Assembly: GCA_016748015.1 (NCBI GenBank)
Contig: JAAOMT010000741.1
Location: 434,001 to 498,000, forward strand
Source: Geosiphon pyriformis uo1
Taxonomy: Eukaryota; Fungi; Glomeromycota
Reading direction: 5' to 3'
DNA: 64,000 bases
The notes below the pieces were generated by a model. That model was not told where the DNA came from. It ran no database searches and worked only from the letters and a program-made list of their open reading frames with translations. Every line of letters begins with the position of its first letter. Position 1 is the stretch's first letter. Made by a program: the position numbers and the translations under genes. Positions 37,270-51,454 of the stretch are shown piece after piece.

Positions 37270-40200
37270 TGTTATAGATGATTATTTAGATGTTAAAACA
37301 AATAATAAACTTATAACTTGATGCTTAATAGCTGTTGATAATAGTAATTTCTAAAAATTTTGGAGTCTAAAAGTTTTAATTAAGTCTTTTATATAATGAA
37401 CAGAAATTTAATTAATAGTTTTCTTTAATTTTTGTCTTCAGTATAATGACCAATTTATTTTGACAGTTATGTCTTTTTAGTAAGCTATTTTTAAGTTTTT
37501 TATTCTTGTTTAATAGGTTTTTTACCAAGCTATTTTTAATGTTAATTACTTAATGTTTAATATCTTAATTAATTAGTAGACAACAAAGAAACAAAATAAA
37601 AAAAATAAGAAATTAATATCTCATTAATAGCCATAATTAAGAGTTATTGGTCCAGTATGGTTAAATATTAAATTCTATTAACATGAATTATTGATAGTGT
37701 GGAGTTGATTAAAATTTTTTAATCAAGCAATAAAAACATAAAATTGAATAATAATAGATATTTTTATTAATATAAGTATAATTCTATTTCAAGTTATAGA
37801 AAATTATCTTTTAAAAGAAAGAGTATTAGATAATTAATTGTCTTTAACTACTGTTGTCAATCCTTTTTTTTGCTTTTAATACTCTCACTATATATATATA
37901 ATTCGTGTTATATGAAATTTTTTGAAATTTTTTAATTTCTTTAAAAAAAATTTTGGAATTTTAGAATCCTGTAATTTTTTTTTTTACTATACTTTCTTCT
38001 TATTGGCTATTTTTCTACTTATTATGATTTTTATTTCTATAAATAATAATATATTTTTTTTAATATTGAGCTCTATTAAGATCTCTCAAATCTTCTAGCT
38101 CTTCTAAATTTTTTTCTAAAATTAATTCTATTATTTTTTTTTTAAAATTACTTGAGCAATTTTGGTCTGTAATTTTTCAAAATAGATATTGGTAATTTTT
38201 TTTAATAATTACTGATTACTATATTTATTGTTAAGTGTAACAGTATTTTTGAATGTTTATAAAATTTTGCTTATAACTAGTATATTGCTTGTATCTATAT
38301 AGATAAATTGTTTTTCTTCATAATTGTTTTATTTGTTGTAATATTGTTATGTTAAATATTTGTTTTGTTTTATCTGTATACAAGTTCTGAATATTAAGTT
38401 TTTGTTTCAAATGATAATAGTAAAAGTTTGTAAAAAATTGTTATGTCCACCATTTTTAATTTTTTTCTGTTAATTTCTTATATTGTACTAATATTTTTGG
38501 TGTTTTTAATAACATTTTTACTTTTGTTATCTTGTTATCTATTATGTTTTTAAGCTTTACATGTATTTTATATTGTATTTTGTATTGAAGTTTTGGTTTT
38601 TTTTCTGTGTTTTTGTATTAAATAGTTTGTTGATTAATTGTAATTTTTATGTTTAGGTTTTGATGTTTAATAAGTTGAAATAATTGTTGAGCTAAGAAGT
38701 AAATATTGTTTGTAATTTTTATCTTTTTTATTGCTTTTGTTACATGTGTTATTTTTTTATATACTGTTTTGGTAGATTAATTTAATATGTTTGTGTTAAT
38801 AATTATAATTGGTTTTAGATCTTGTGAAATCTTATTTGATTGGACTAGTATCTGTTGTACTCTCAATTGTAAAATATTACTGGTAAATAATAATACTATA
38901 TTGTAATATGATTTTAGTTAATTACTATGTGCTGTTTTAGTTAAGATTTTGTTGTTTTATTTTAACTTATATGCTCTATTTTCCAGAATTTTTTCAATGT
39001 GAAATGAATTATTCCATTTGGAATTAAATTTTCCACTCTATTTTTTTTTCTACTTTGATATGATGTAAAAATACTTTGTCTTCAATTTTAAATTTGGCTG
39101 GTTTATCTGGTAATTAATTATTATGTTACTTTTTTTGTTTTTTTGTGATTTTTGTATATTATCAGCTGTTTTTTGCTTTTTGTTCTCTAAAGTTTTTATT
39201 AAGTCATATGTTTTTTTTAACAATGTTTTTTAAAAGTTGGCTTTTATTATTGGTTTAATTAAATATATATTGATTTTTATTTTAACTGGTAATATTGCTG
39301 TTCTATTATAAATTAATTCAAATAATGTTGCTTATATAGTATTTTGTTTCATTGTCTAATAAACAAATAATATTAATGGTATAAACATATCTTATTTGTT
39401 CTGGTTTTTTTGGCTGATTTTAGTTATTACTTTAAACAATGTTTTGTTGAATCTTTCAATTAAACCATTTGTTTATGGATAATATAATAATAATAATGGT
39501 CTTTTAACTCCAAATATTTGATTTAATTCTGTTAATATTTTGTTTACAAAGTAAGTTCTTTGGTCTAATAACAATTCTTTTGAACATCTATGTTGACAAA
39601 TCAAATTCTAATATATGAATTCAACTACAAATTTTGCATCTGCTTTTTGAATTGCTTTAACTTTTGGCCACTTTGTAAGATAATTTATGACTACTGCTAT
39701 ATATCAGTTGCTTTTGCTGGTTATAGTTAGTAGTCTAACTAAGTTAATTACAATCTAATCAAATAGTTGTCTTACTTTGATTAGTTTTAATAGTTTATTG
39801 GGTTTTGTTTTGTTTTGTTTTTAACAAATATTACAATTTTGAACATATTAGATAATATTTGAATATATTAATAGCCAATAGTATTTTTTTATGGTTTTTT
39901 TTATGGTTGCTTCTTTATAAAAATATCCTGTAATTAAATCTGAATACATGTTGAATAGTATTGTTTTTTTTTTGGTTCTATGATTACTTTGAGTAATTGG
40001 TCTGAATTTTTTTTTGTTTTTTTGATATAATGTATTTTGGTAAATAATAAAGTATTTTGATTGTTGTTTTATGTTGTTTTGTTTTTTTTAAAATAATTTT
40101 TCTTTGAATTGTTAATTATTAATATAATGTTAAAGTTGTTAATATTTTTGCATATTTAGTTTTTGTTGTATTTTTGGGTTGAAATATTTTTTTATATTTG

Positions 40201-40983
40201 TTTTATTTATGACAAACTGTCAGCATTTCCATTTTTTTTTCTTTTTTATAGTATATTGTATTATTAAATAATAAAAGTTTTATTTTTTATTTTGCATGAT
40301 GATTATCTTTAAATTTTTGCTTTTAGATTGATGTTAATTTTTTGTAATTAGTATATACATCAAACTTTTAACTTAAGTATTTTTTCTATTGATAACAGTC
40401 CAATAAATAACTAAATATTCTATTACTAAAGTTTTATAGTTTTTTTCAACTGAACTCAAACTTTAGCTTACATATGTTATTAGATATTCTTATTTATTTG
40501 ATTTTTTTTGTGATAATACTGCTTTTAATGTTTGATTTAATATATCAGTAATAATAATAAATTGTTTGCTGTAATCTGAATAAATTAATACTAGAGCTTG
40601 AATAAGTTTTTTTTACAATATGTTAAAAGCTTTTTGTTGGTTTTTTGTTTATTTATATTTAATATTCTTTACTTAGAGCTAATAAAGTAATTGAGCCAGT
40701 TTGGGAAATTTTTGGATAAAGCAACAATAATATTTAGTGAATTCTAAAAATGCTTTTAGTTCTATCAAGTTTATTGGTACTAAAAAGTTCTTAATTATTT
40801 TAATTTTATCTGAATTTGTTTTGATGTTGTCTTTGCTTATAACATATTCCAAAAACTTGAGTTTTGTTTTTTCAAAGAAGTATTTAGTAGCATTTAATTT
40901 TAATTTAGCTCTTTTTAATCTTTTAAATATTTGTTAAAGATAATAAAAATAATTATCAAATGTTTTAAAAAATACATTGATGT
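37270..40983 (-). mobile_element. Degenerate family-A element: 3' LTR 37270-38048, accessory ORF, IN, RH, RT C-terminus; truncated at the YxDD region
   Basis: Colinear with 15357-19112 but with many more C>T/G>A changes. Confidence 0.9.
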
Positions 40984-42674
40984 TGTTACAGATGATTATT
41001 TAGGTGGTTGGAATAAATAACAAACTCATAACTTGATGCTTAATAGTTAATATAGTTGGTATTATCTGAAGGTTTTTGTGATTTGAAGGTTTTGGTAAAG
41101 TTTTTTGTATAATAGACAGAGATTTACTAATTGTGTTAGTGGTCTCTTGGAATTACAATTTCATCAAATTTTTTTTTCAGCATGATGGCTGGTTTATTCT
41201 AACAGTTATGCCTTTTTGATAAACTTATCTGTAAATTCTTTAAACTTTATATTCTTTTTTTGGGGTTTTTTATCAGACTATTCTTGATGTTAGTTACTTA
41301 ATGCTTAATTTTTTTAATCAGTATTACTTATAAAAAAAAAACATACAAGAAAATAGCAGGAAAAACAGATAGACCAATAGAAAAATAGTAGCTAATACAT
41401 GAGCATATTGCTTAGCAATATAAGCATTGCTTGAAAAATTATAGCACATTGTTCAGAAATATAAGCAATCTTGTAAAACCCAAATTATATATATATAGCA
41501 AAAATATTAAAAGCAGAAAAGACAAAATTGATACCAAGATTTCCCAGTTGAAAACATCTTAGTTCGAATTATTAATATTAATAAATAATTATTTCTTATC
41601 TAAACTACTCTTCCTACTATTAACATAAAATATTGATAGTATTCAATACTTAATCACACTAGAACAATAGCTTTTGATTATGACTATTAATGGAATACTA
41701 ATTCTTTCTTGCCTTGGTTTATTTTGTTATTTCTTTATTTTCTATTATGCTTTTTTTTCTTTTGTTTTGTTTGTCATTATTTACTAATTGATTAAAAAAT
41801 AACACGTAAAGTTATCAATGTCAAAGTAACTAGTAAAAGACCTAAGAATAAAAGTAGAACACTTAAGGATTGAGGATAGCTTACCAAGAGAATTATTGAT
41901 CATCATATTAAGAAAAAAATTCGACAGAATTGTGATTCTAAGAAGTAACAGATAAAATTACACTTGAATTTCTGTCTATTATACAAAGGACTCAACCAAA
42001 ACCTTCAGATATTATCAATGAGATCAGTTATTAAGCACCAAGTTACAGATTTGTTATTTGATTTAAGACCCTAAATAATTACTTGTAACATTAGTTAATA
42101 AAACAACAAAACAAAACAAAACAAAACAAAATAAAAGAAAAAAAAAGAAAAAAAAGAAAATAAGAATTAGTTTCCTGTTAATAGTCATAATTAAAAGCTA
42201 TTGGTTTAGTATGGTTAAGTATTGGATTCTATTAACATAAAATATTAATAGAATAAGATGATTAATATTCCTTAATCAAATGATAATAACATGAATTTAA
42301 ATAATAATTAATATTTTATTAATATCTGATTTTAGTTCTATTTTAAGTTGTAAAAAACTACTTTTTAAAGGAAGAAATATAGAATAGTTTAATGAGTTTT
42401 AAACTAAATTTTGAATTGGATTCTGTTTTTTTCTGCTTTTAACACTCATATTATATACATATAATTAATATTATACAAGATTTCTTAGATTTTTTTAATT
42501 TTTCTAACCAGAAATTCTGAAATTTCTGGAATTTTGTTATTTTTTGAAAAGAATTCTGAAATTTCTGAAATTCTGTGATTCTTTAAAAAAAATCCTGAAT
42601 TTTTTTTTATTATGCCTAGTTCTAATTGGCTACTTTATCTTCTTATTAAGAATTCCTAAATTTTTATAAGTAAT
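40984..42674 (-). repeat. Family-A LTR containing a nested plus-strand family-A-related solo LTR (41322-42090)
   Basis: Outer TGTTACAG...AGTAA(C>T)A. Inner T(G>A)TTACTTATA...TGTAACA with TSD TCAG/TTAG. Confidence 0.8.
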
Positions 42675-43432
42675 AATAGTTTGGATTTATTGTACTAAAT
42701 AGTAAAAACTTCTTTTAAAAAACTATTTAACTCTTTTTTGGGAATTTGGAATAAAAGAAAAATTTTATTAGTATAACTATTATGCATATAACCAAAAAAA
42801 CTTAACAATATTTACATATTTTAATTTAATTTAAGCTGTTTTTTAAGTATATTTAATTATTAAAATTATATATTTTATATATTTTTTAAAGTATTAGTTA
42901 AATTTCTTTTTTTTAAAGCATTTTTGATTACAAATTTAATTGCAAGAATAAATTATTATATAAATATGTTTTTTATAACCAAAAATTAACAGAATTTTAA
43001 ATAAATTTTTTTTATAGTTTTAATTAAAACAATAAGTTTAAAGTTTATTAAAATGTTTTTTTATACAAAAAACTTTAAGTAAAAACTTTCAGATCTATTA
43101 AAACCTTCAGATATTATAAATTTATTTTTATTTTTATTTTGCAATATTGTTTTTTAAGCTTAAAAAACTTTTTAGCAATAAAAATTTCTATATTAAAACT
43201 TTTTTTAATAACTCACGTGGTCATCGCGTTGAATTTGTGATGTTATCAGATAATCAAATTCTCACATGTCCGACATTTCGCGTCAAGAGAAAACATCCTT
43301 CTGCCTTCTGTGAAGAAGCCCAGGCTTAAAAAAACGTCCTATTCTCCTTTTTCAGATATCTAAGCGACTTCCAACATATAAAATCTTTAATTTTCAAGAT
43401 ATTTATTAGCAATTTTTAAAAACTTGTACAAT

Positions 43433-46400
43433 ATGAATGAGATACCATTTTTTTTAAAACGTTACTTTGAGTATAAATTCTTTTGTCTGCAAGACTTTTG
43501 GCTTCGAGAGTGTTTAGAAACAATATGCAGAAAACAGCCGGCACTATTAAACTATAAGAATGACTATCCAAAACAAAAAGCCCTTATCAGAGTGATATAT
43601 AACCGTTTTCTTTCTTCGGAATTAAGTACTTCTTCGGTACCAGTATTACCACCGGACACTCCAAAAATTGAACGATCCTTCATTAAAGGTCCGATTATTC
43701 TTCAAATTGTGGACATCCTAGAAATTGGTACTTCCACGCAAAAACTACTGGATACGATAGGGACCATTGAGGAGGGTTATTATAAACAAAGGCTTAAGTA
43801 TATCGAGCTTCAAAAAGAGCCCGATAAGCTTATTTCATTTCCACGAGCGATGCTTTGGATTACATTGACAGATGGGGAGCAAACTGTTCAAGGAATGGAA
43901 GACAAAATAATACTAGATTTAAGTATGAACACATCAGTGGGAAAAAAAGTAAGGATTGGTTAGTGTATTTTTTAATTATTTAACTTATAATTACATGAAT
44001 TGTTACCCGTTACGCATATATACTCATTCTGTTCATTCCATCAAATCTGAAGATAATTATTTCCAACGTAGAAGTTATCCTGGGCGTCTTAATATTAACT
44101 CCTTACAACACGCGAATCCTCGGCGGTGGTCATGGTGATGTACGGCCAATCGAAGAATTACAGAAAAAGTTTCTTTTACGATTAGGGTATGTCCTATTTA
44201 AAATCCCCCTATATTTTTGATAGCGTCATCAACCTCTAAGAATGTCAAGCCTTCAAATCTCAGAAAAGAGGTGCCAATCGAAAACCACAATACCAATCTC
44301 GTTTCTGGAAATCTGGGCCAGCTATCACAAATTTCAGATCCTCAAAACAACAATTTGAGGGTGGCAAATCTTGCTCTCTCAAATCCACAGTCAGATATTT
44401 ACATTGATAACAAAGATGTTTCCAATTATGACGAAAAGGAAATCGAATTTATTGACAATGAAAGTTGGAAAGCAAGTGATTTTGTCCCCAAAGAACATTC
44501 TGGAGCTGCTTTCATTCCCAATATTCATAATAAGAATTCTGTATATCCCATAATCCCAAGTCAAATAAGTGATAATAACATCGGACCACGAATTGACTAT
44601 CCTGATGACTTTCCTGTCTCCAAAACTACCTCAGCCAATAATCAAGAGTCTAGAACTTTAAATTTTACCGACTTGATTAATCACGAGCAAGGTAATAGAA
44701 ATATAATCACGAGTACGCTAAAGGATTCCAGCTTCGATAATGAATCAACAGAAATCCCTGATTTGACAAAAGACTCCCCAGAGTCAAATTTGACTGAATC
44801 GCTTGAAAAGCCAAAACTTTCTAAAATGAAACGTCTCGCACGTAAAAAACCACAGACCGAACCTGCATCATCGCCTGGTAAACAAAATTCAAACGCTCTT
44901 GCTCAAAGTCAACTATCTTCCTATTTCCCGTCTTTAAGTCCAAAACCAACTACTCCGAACCGGGATAATGAAAGAAAACTTCTCGCGTATTTCCCTATAA
45001 TTAGTCCAAAAACCGAAACACCTAAAAAAAGGCTCTTCCATGAATTCGAAGCAGGAGCTATTGGCTCTCCTGTTCAAGGATCACAGTTAAAGGAAGGCCT
45101 CTCACCCACAAAAGATAATCAAAATTCGAGGCCTCGAATTGATAAACCGCCAAGTAAATCTTCTACGTGTGAAATCCAGGATTTAGGAAATGACAATTCA
45201 GCTCAACCAACTTCAGAAGTTTATTCCGTGTCTGACAATAAAGGCAAGAAGCCAAATTTAGAAGAGCCTTGTTTTGACGAGACGCAGGACAACTTTAATG
45301 ATGGAGCCAAATACAATCTACATTCCTCCATGAATCAAGGTGTGACCGGACAGGCTGAAATCGAAACCGAAGAAGATATAGAAAATCACATAATGGGTTT
45401 CGAGTTGGATCGATGGGAAAAGCCTGACGATTCCTTTGGAAAATCTATGAACGCTCCTATTTATATCAATGATGACGATGAAGATATTCCTAAGCATAAA
45501 CCTTATATTCAACATGAAAATAGCATAAAAAACCATCTTAATACAGAAGATCCCTTCATGTTTGATAACGAAACTCAAGAAATTGATGTAGGGAAGATGA
45601 CAATTTCTGATTGGAATTATAATGAGGACTTTTCTTCATATTCTCCCATTTGCCAGAATAATCATTGTGATGATGTGTATGCACAAGAAAATGATCTGAT
45701 TGGAGGGGCGGAAAACCAAGATTACACAGAAGATTATCAAATGGTCACTACTTTGGATGGTGAGGATGAGAATTTATCGGTGCCAGGCGATAAATTTAAT
45801 CCAGATCCAAGCCCTTTCGCTTTAGAGAATTTACCAAATCGCCCTTTGACATCTGCAAATCATATCGAAGAAATTAGCGAATTGCGAAATCAAACTGTCT
45901 ATGAGCCGGGAAAAGGTAAACGATTCGAAGATAAGAAATTATTTTCATGGTTGGCAAAAATCCAGATTCAACCCCTAGAATCTCCATTTATTCTGGCTAA
46001 TTACTTTTTTGGACATTTCAGAAACATCGAAAGCTCAGATAGTATCTCCAAGCCTCTCAGATCTTGAGGAAGAAGAAATATGGGATCCGGAGCTAAGAGA
46101 TGAGTTTTTTGAGAAAATTGATGATGATTTTGTAAATCAGGAACTTGATGAAGAGGAGGAGCTGCCATCAGCTGGTAGATGTCATTTTCTTTGGAATTCA
46201 TTATTATTTCTATTAAGAACACGCTTATTTGTTTTAACACGATTATTTCCAAACTCCATAGAAGTATTATTAGATGCTGCCATCAATGGAGGCTTTTCCT
46301 TAACCGAACCCAAAAAGCAAAGTCCAATAACCCCAGTGACTAGTTTACCGTGTTTTTTATCTCCATCAAAATCTTATATATCACCTATTAAGGAGCCCAG

Positions 46401-47322
46401 CTATACTGAATACCCAAATCGAATAAAAAAAGAAAACGATCAACCCTACAGAAACACATCCTCGTCTTTTAAACAAGAAAAATGGACTGAGCCGTTGTTA
46501 CCTGCTCAATCTTTGTTTCGAGGAGATAAAAAATTTCAAGATGAGACAATTTCATCTTTAATAAAATCGGAAGGGGAGGATACTATAAATGGTAAGTGTC
46601 ACAGATAATCTGTGATGGTATTGATTTTTTTCCACTATTAGCTCAAGCTTTTGCAACTATATTATTTTTTAGTTAAGGGAGCAATATTTTGTCGATTATC
46701 AGAATTAAGAGAACATCTCCCAACTAGGGATTCCGTTGTAATAACCGTCAAGGTTAATAAAAGGTTCAAATTATATTTCCTCAATTATTTTTTTGAAAAC
46801 TCACTTTATGTAAAATTAAGGCATCGATCTTCAAAGTGACGAAATTCCGAGATGACCCAGCCAATGGTGGATTATTCTTATCGATTGATCTTGATGATGG
46901 CTTTTCCAAACAGAGTGTTACTTTGAATCAAAAGGTGCATTTCTCAAGTTTACACTTCATTCAAAGTCCATTTTTATATAAAACTCTCAACCTCATTCTT
47001 CTGTTTCTTGAAGTTACTCGAAGGCATGATTGGTATGAATTCTCTGAAATTTCGAGCAATTGTGAGAAACAATTCAGATCCGGTAAGATCTTTCATCTTG
47101 TTTTGATATCGAAGAAAATCGAATTATAATCCTAAAAACTCCTTTAAATTCTCCCAGAAACAACACGCTCACAGTATTATTGAGCCTGTAAAGTTGCGCC
47201 TTTTAACTTTTAATAATGTTATAATCAAGTTAGTACTTAAAAATACTACGCTTCTCGGAATAGCAAATTTTAACGAAATATATAAATTGCCCGAAGTTGT
47301 CTATATTCAGGGGCTAAACTGA
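43433..47322 (+). CDS. RMI1: RecQ-mediated genome instability protein 1-like (N-terminal OB fold, long disordered linker, C-terminal OB fold), multi-exon
   Basis: GPIILQIVDILEIG...RAMLWITLTDGEQTVQGME...TSVGKK|IIISNVEVILGVLILTPYNTRILGG matches RMI1_N; C-terminal LSIDLDDG...LLEGMIG. Confidence 0.8.
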
Positions 47323-47529
47323 ATTTGGTTCATCAGTGTTAAGTTTCCATGTCAACTAATAATTTTTGATCACCTAACTATTAAGTGACTTTACGAGATA
47401 ATAAAGCGAAAAAAACTTGAATCTTATCAAAAGATCGAAAATTTCTATCGGATTAATATAATAAATTTCAGATAAAATCTGATTGCGTTTACCAATATAC
47501 ATTTTATTTTTTTACTATTTTTATCAATG

Positions 47530-48649
47530 CTAATGTATGTAATCATCAATCTGAGAATCGCCTCGCGTCCGTTTACCGAGCGCAGCCAGATGGGATACAC
47601 AACTCCACAAGTGAATATCACCCTCTATAACTGGATTTGATTTTGGCCTGCGGTCTATCTTAATGGTCGAAGCTTCACTCGTTTCAGAGGTAGGTGTTGA
47701 GGCGCCGCTGTAATTTCTTTCATCCTCAATAATGCGACGTATTACGAATTTGGAAACACTAGAATTTTTAGGCTTATGTTGTATGCTCATGTAATTTTTT
47801 ACCAAGAAACCCAAGTTATGTATTAAATGTTCTTTAATCAGTTTGTTGATTGTACCGCCATGGGTCACTAACAAAATGTGTGTATTCTTTTTAGGATTAC
47901 ACACGGACTCGAGGCCTCCCCTGTACGGCAGATGCTTCTCGACGCACTCGTTGTAAAATGTAATCAACCGGGCTGTGAAGTCTGTATTAGACTCGCCATA
48001 ATCTTCCCATTGCCGTTCTTCTTTTTTTATTACCTCAAGAGCTTGATAGATAGATAGACCATTCAATTTCCCAAAATCCTTTTTCAAAAGTTTTTCTCAT
48101 TAGATGACAAGTATTGAATTTCGAATAATTGAGTGAGATAAGGAAATTTACCTTTTCCCGGAGTCTTGAATCCAATGTGAAAGGTGTGTTTGGATGATGT
48201 TTTGCGATTGCTTCTGCAGTCTATTCGAGCAATGTTGAAATAAGATCAGAAACAAACACGTGACTATATCATGTAACTGGTGACACGATTTGTTACACCA
48301 AAAGATCGCCACATAATCAGAAGCTTACCTTTTTTGCTCTCGACAAATCACTTGAGTAGATATGGTCGAATCTCAATTTTCGTAAACGTCTTCCCACTAA
48401 TTCTGCTTGTTCTCTGCCAACTTTATTGAGTTTTGTATCTTTTTTTTGTTTAAAATGTAACATGATAAGTTAAATATGGTTTTTTTTGTTATTCACCAAG
48501 GCATATGTCAAAAGGGGTAAAAGATTGAAAATGTGCTTCATATTATGAAAATCTTGCCTACCAGTATGTCCTTGTAAAATACGATTCAGATTTGAGTTGG
48601 TTTCGCCGTGACGAACCACTGTAACAGATAGTTGTGGTTGTTGCCACAT
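47530..48649 (-). CDS. Histidine phosphatase / phosphoglycerate mutase family protein (TIGAR-like), 4 exons
   Basis: VVRHGET...LQG, IYSSDLSRA, LRE|DFG, LLVTHGGTI across GT-AG introns. Confidence 0.9.
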
Positions 48650-48774
48650 ATCTTTTTTCTATATTTTATAGTGGAGATTATTTTGTGTGATATGAAGCGA
48701 AAATTTAGAAAAATATTTTCGTAATAGTTATCGTAATTTTTAAAGAGTTTGAAACTTTTTATTCTGAAAAGTAA

Positions 48775-48777
48775 TAG

Positions 48778-48816
<39 letters not shown>
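48775..48816. repeat. Compound (GATA)n(GA)n microsatellite
   Basis: Directly visible. Confidence 0.9.
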
Positions 48817-51208
48817 AAGAACAGGAGAAAAAGTCTTGAGAGTTAATGTGTCTCCTTGAGAAACCAAAACTTTAATATAGTGCACAAAGGTTGTACTAAA
48901 GGGAGAAGAAAAATTATGAAGGGTGATTTATAGGTTTCTCAATAAGCAAGCTTTCAATATAGTATTGTATCAATTTATCACTTTTTCAAGTTGACGAATA
49001 AATTTCTTTGATAAGGTTGATCATTAGGGCTGGTTTTTTTTTTGCAGAAATTGATGTAAAGTTTGTTTTTTTTTTTAGGACGAGAAATTTTATATATTTA
49101 TTATTTTTCGTTATCTCAATGTTTAAAATGCTATTAAGATAACAAAGCGGCGAAATCGATCATGTTTAAAAATTAAGGTAAATGACCTTTGATTTCTAAT
49201 TTTAAAGAAATGATATTTCATTATACATGTACTTTTTTAGGTTCAAGTTCAAATGAGTCAATGGGTAATAGTGCCTGCGTGTGAGGGATATCGGTCAATC
49301 AACAAGTTTTCCGGAAAATATGCATGCATGCGACTGGTCGTGCAGTTCACCAAAAAATTTTTTTTGTTGAAGTTGGGCAACTCTTACAAAAAGGTCAGAA
49401 GATTATAGCAAAAAAAAAAAACCGATTTCGTAAACTCTTTTGGAGTTACAAAAAAAAAACAATGTAACAGGGCCCTTTTGGGCGTTTTTTTTTTTTTTTT
49501 TAATATTCTAAAACTTTAATAATAAATCAGAATTTTTATTTGATGTCTTTGCACAACGTGACGTCATATTATGAATATCTTAAAATATTGGGGAACTTAT
49601 CAGGATCTGTGTTGTGGTAATCATAAAAAATCCTACGCAAATCCTTTAGAAAATCATTTATTATTAAAAGGGTTATAGTGTGACGCACATACTGAAACAT
49701 ACATGTGAGAAAAATCAAGATATTTTGAGAGTGGGAACTTACAAAAAGATTACGCCAATAATGGTATGCCGAAGTTTTTGATTAAGGCATGCAACAAAAC
49801 ACTTTCTCTCTTTTCTTTCAAGTTAAATTTTGAACGATTTAAGGTTTTTTTTTTTTTTTAAAAGAATTGAAAACCAGAGATGAAAGGAAATGGCATTTTT
49901 CTTCCAAAATTCCCGAGAAAATCAGATGATTGTTACGATACTATAATATATACTAAAAAGAGTATTGGTATGAAATTGTGCATTCTGACATGAGATAAAG
50001 TTCCAAACTACGCCCCTTTAACTCCCTGATGCGTGTTTCACTAAATGGAACTATGACAAATTTGTTACTTGCTAAAGAATATTTTCTTTGTCTTTGAAAA
50101 AAAAAACACCTTTGATTGACGATTTTGATCGTCCTTTTATGAGTAAAATTTTCAAAATTGTTTTTTAAAGGAAGAATTCACATAGGAATTTCAACGAGTT
50201 TTTTTCGAAACTGATAGAAATAATATCGTTGCTTTATTAAAATGAGCTTCTGGAATTCTTAGTGTTCTAATAGGATTTGAATCTTTGGGGAGTCACGATA
50301 CTTAATTTTTCCCATAAATTCCTCTTGCTGAAGTTAATGGTATGGGAATTGGAACTGCTGAAATTAAATCTGGATCTTTGGGAACCACGATAATGAGTTC
50401 ATATGTTGAGGCAGTTTCGCGTAGTTGGTACGAGAACTACTGAAGAGAAATTCACACAAGTTTATTAAATTTTTAAAAAGAATTTTTTTATTATCATCAA
50501 TTTATTTATTTATTTATTTTTTAAATCTTTGATTTTTAAATATTAGTTATTATTAATAAATTATCCAATAAAATAATAGTTAAAAAGGCCAGAAACCAAT
50601 ATGTACCCTGTATCATCTATAGGTGATTATAATCCTTTCGAAGAAGAAAAAGAGAAAAATTTTAATTGCTGAAAGAAATTTATTTCGTAAAAAAAAACCA
50701 AAGTTTTTAATATATATTATCGAAATGAGATGAATAAAGGAATCTACGGGATCTATTTAGATTCCATTAAGAAATGAAGAATGATTGCCCCGCGATAAAT
50801 ATTATAGAAAGGTGATTAAAACAAGGATATTTTATCAAAGAACCCCCAAGAAACCTCAAGTGAAAAGAGCTCGAAAAAATTAAACAAATTGAAGAATCAA
50901 AAGCTGAAAGAGTGTCACCATTCGAAGAATATCCCTCAATTATGAATCATTTTTTATCGAAAAGTAAGTTCTTTGAGTCAGGAATTTCAACAAAACAACC
51001 AATAACAATACATTAACAGACCAATGATATCATATAAAAATTTGACCAATGGGTAGGCTGATTAAACCCTAAAATTTTTTGTGGAGGGTATATATTTTGT
51101 TATAATACACCCAAAATCTCTTTACAAAAGTTTGGAACGTTGTCGTCGAGCTTTTGAATTTCTTGAGAGGTAACACTCAAAACCGTATTTGAAAGTTTAA
51201 GTAGCCAA

Positions 51209-51454
51209 ATGCTGCAACAACCTCATAGAAGCCACTGGCATGACCCGGCAAAAATTAAGTGGAACCGCCACGACCCCTGGGCTCGTCGTGAAGCCTGGCG
51301 TAACCATGAAATGTTTTCCACTCGTCATCAACTCAGACACGCCCTGCCGGGTTTCTGGTGGGGAGTTGGTGCTTTTCTCATCTACCTCGCCTATGAAAAA
51401 TTGACAACAGATAACACCATAGGCCACAAACCGCACGTCGAAACTAAGGAATAA
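51209..51454 (+). CDS. NDUFB3: NADH:ubiquinone oxidoreductase B12 subunit
   Basis: DPWARREAWR...ALPGFWWGVGAFLIYLAYE; single TM helix. Confidence 0.9.
   Translation: MLQQPHRSHWHDPAKIKWNRHDPWARREAWRNHEMFSTRHQLRHALPGFWWGVGAFLIYLAYEKLTTDNTIGHKPHVETKE

Noticed and set aside
45916-46067. Overlapping ORFs suggesting a frameshift in RMI1
   Set aside because: Explained by a GT-AG intron at ~45916-46021.
48900-51100. 2-kb intergenic region with TGACGTCA (49559-49566) and a short imperfect direct repeat (~50275-50400)
   Set aside because: No ORF or RNA structure support; motifs could occur by chance.
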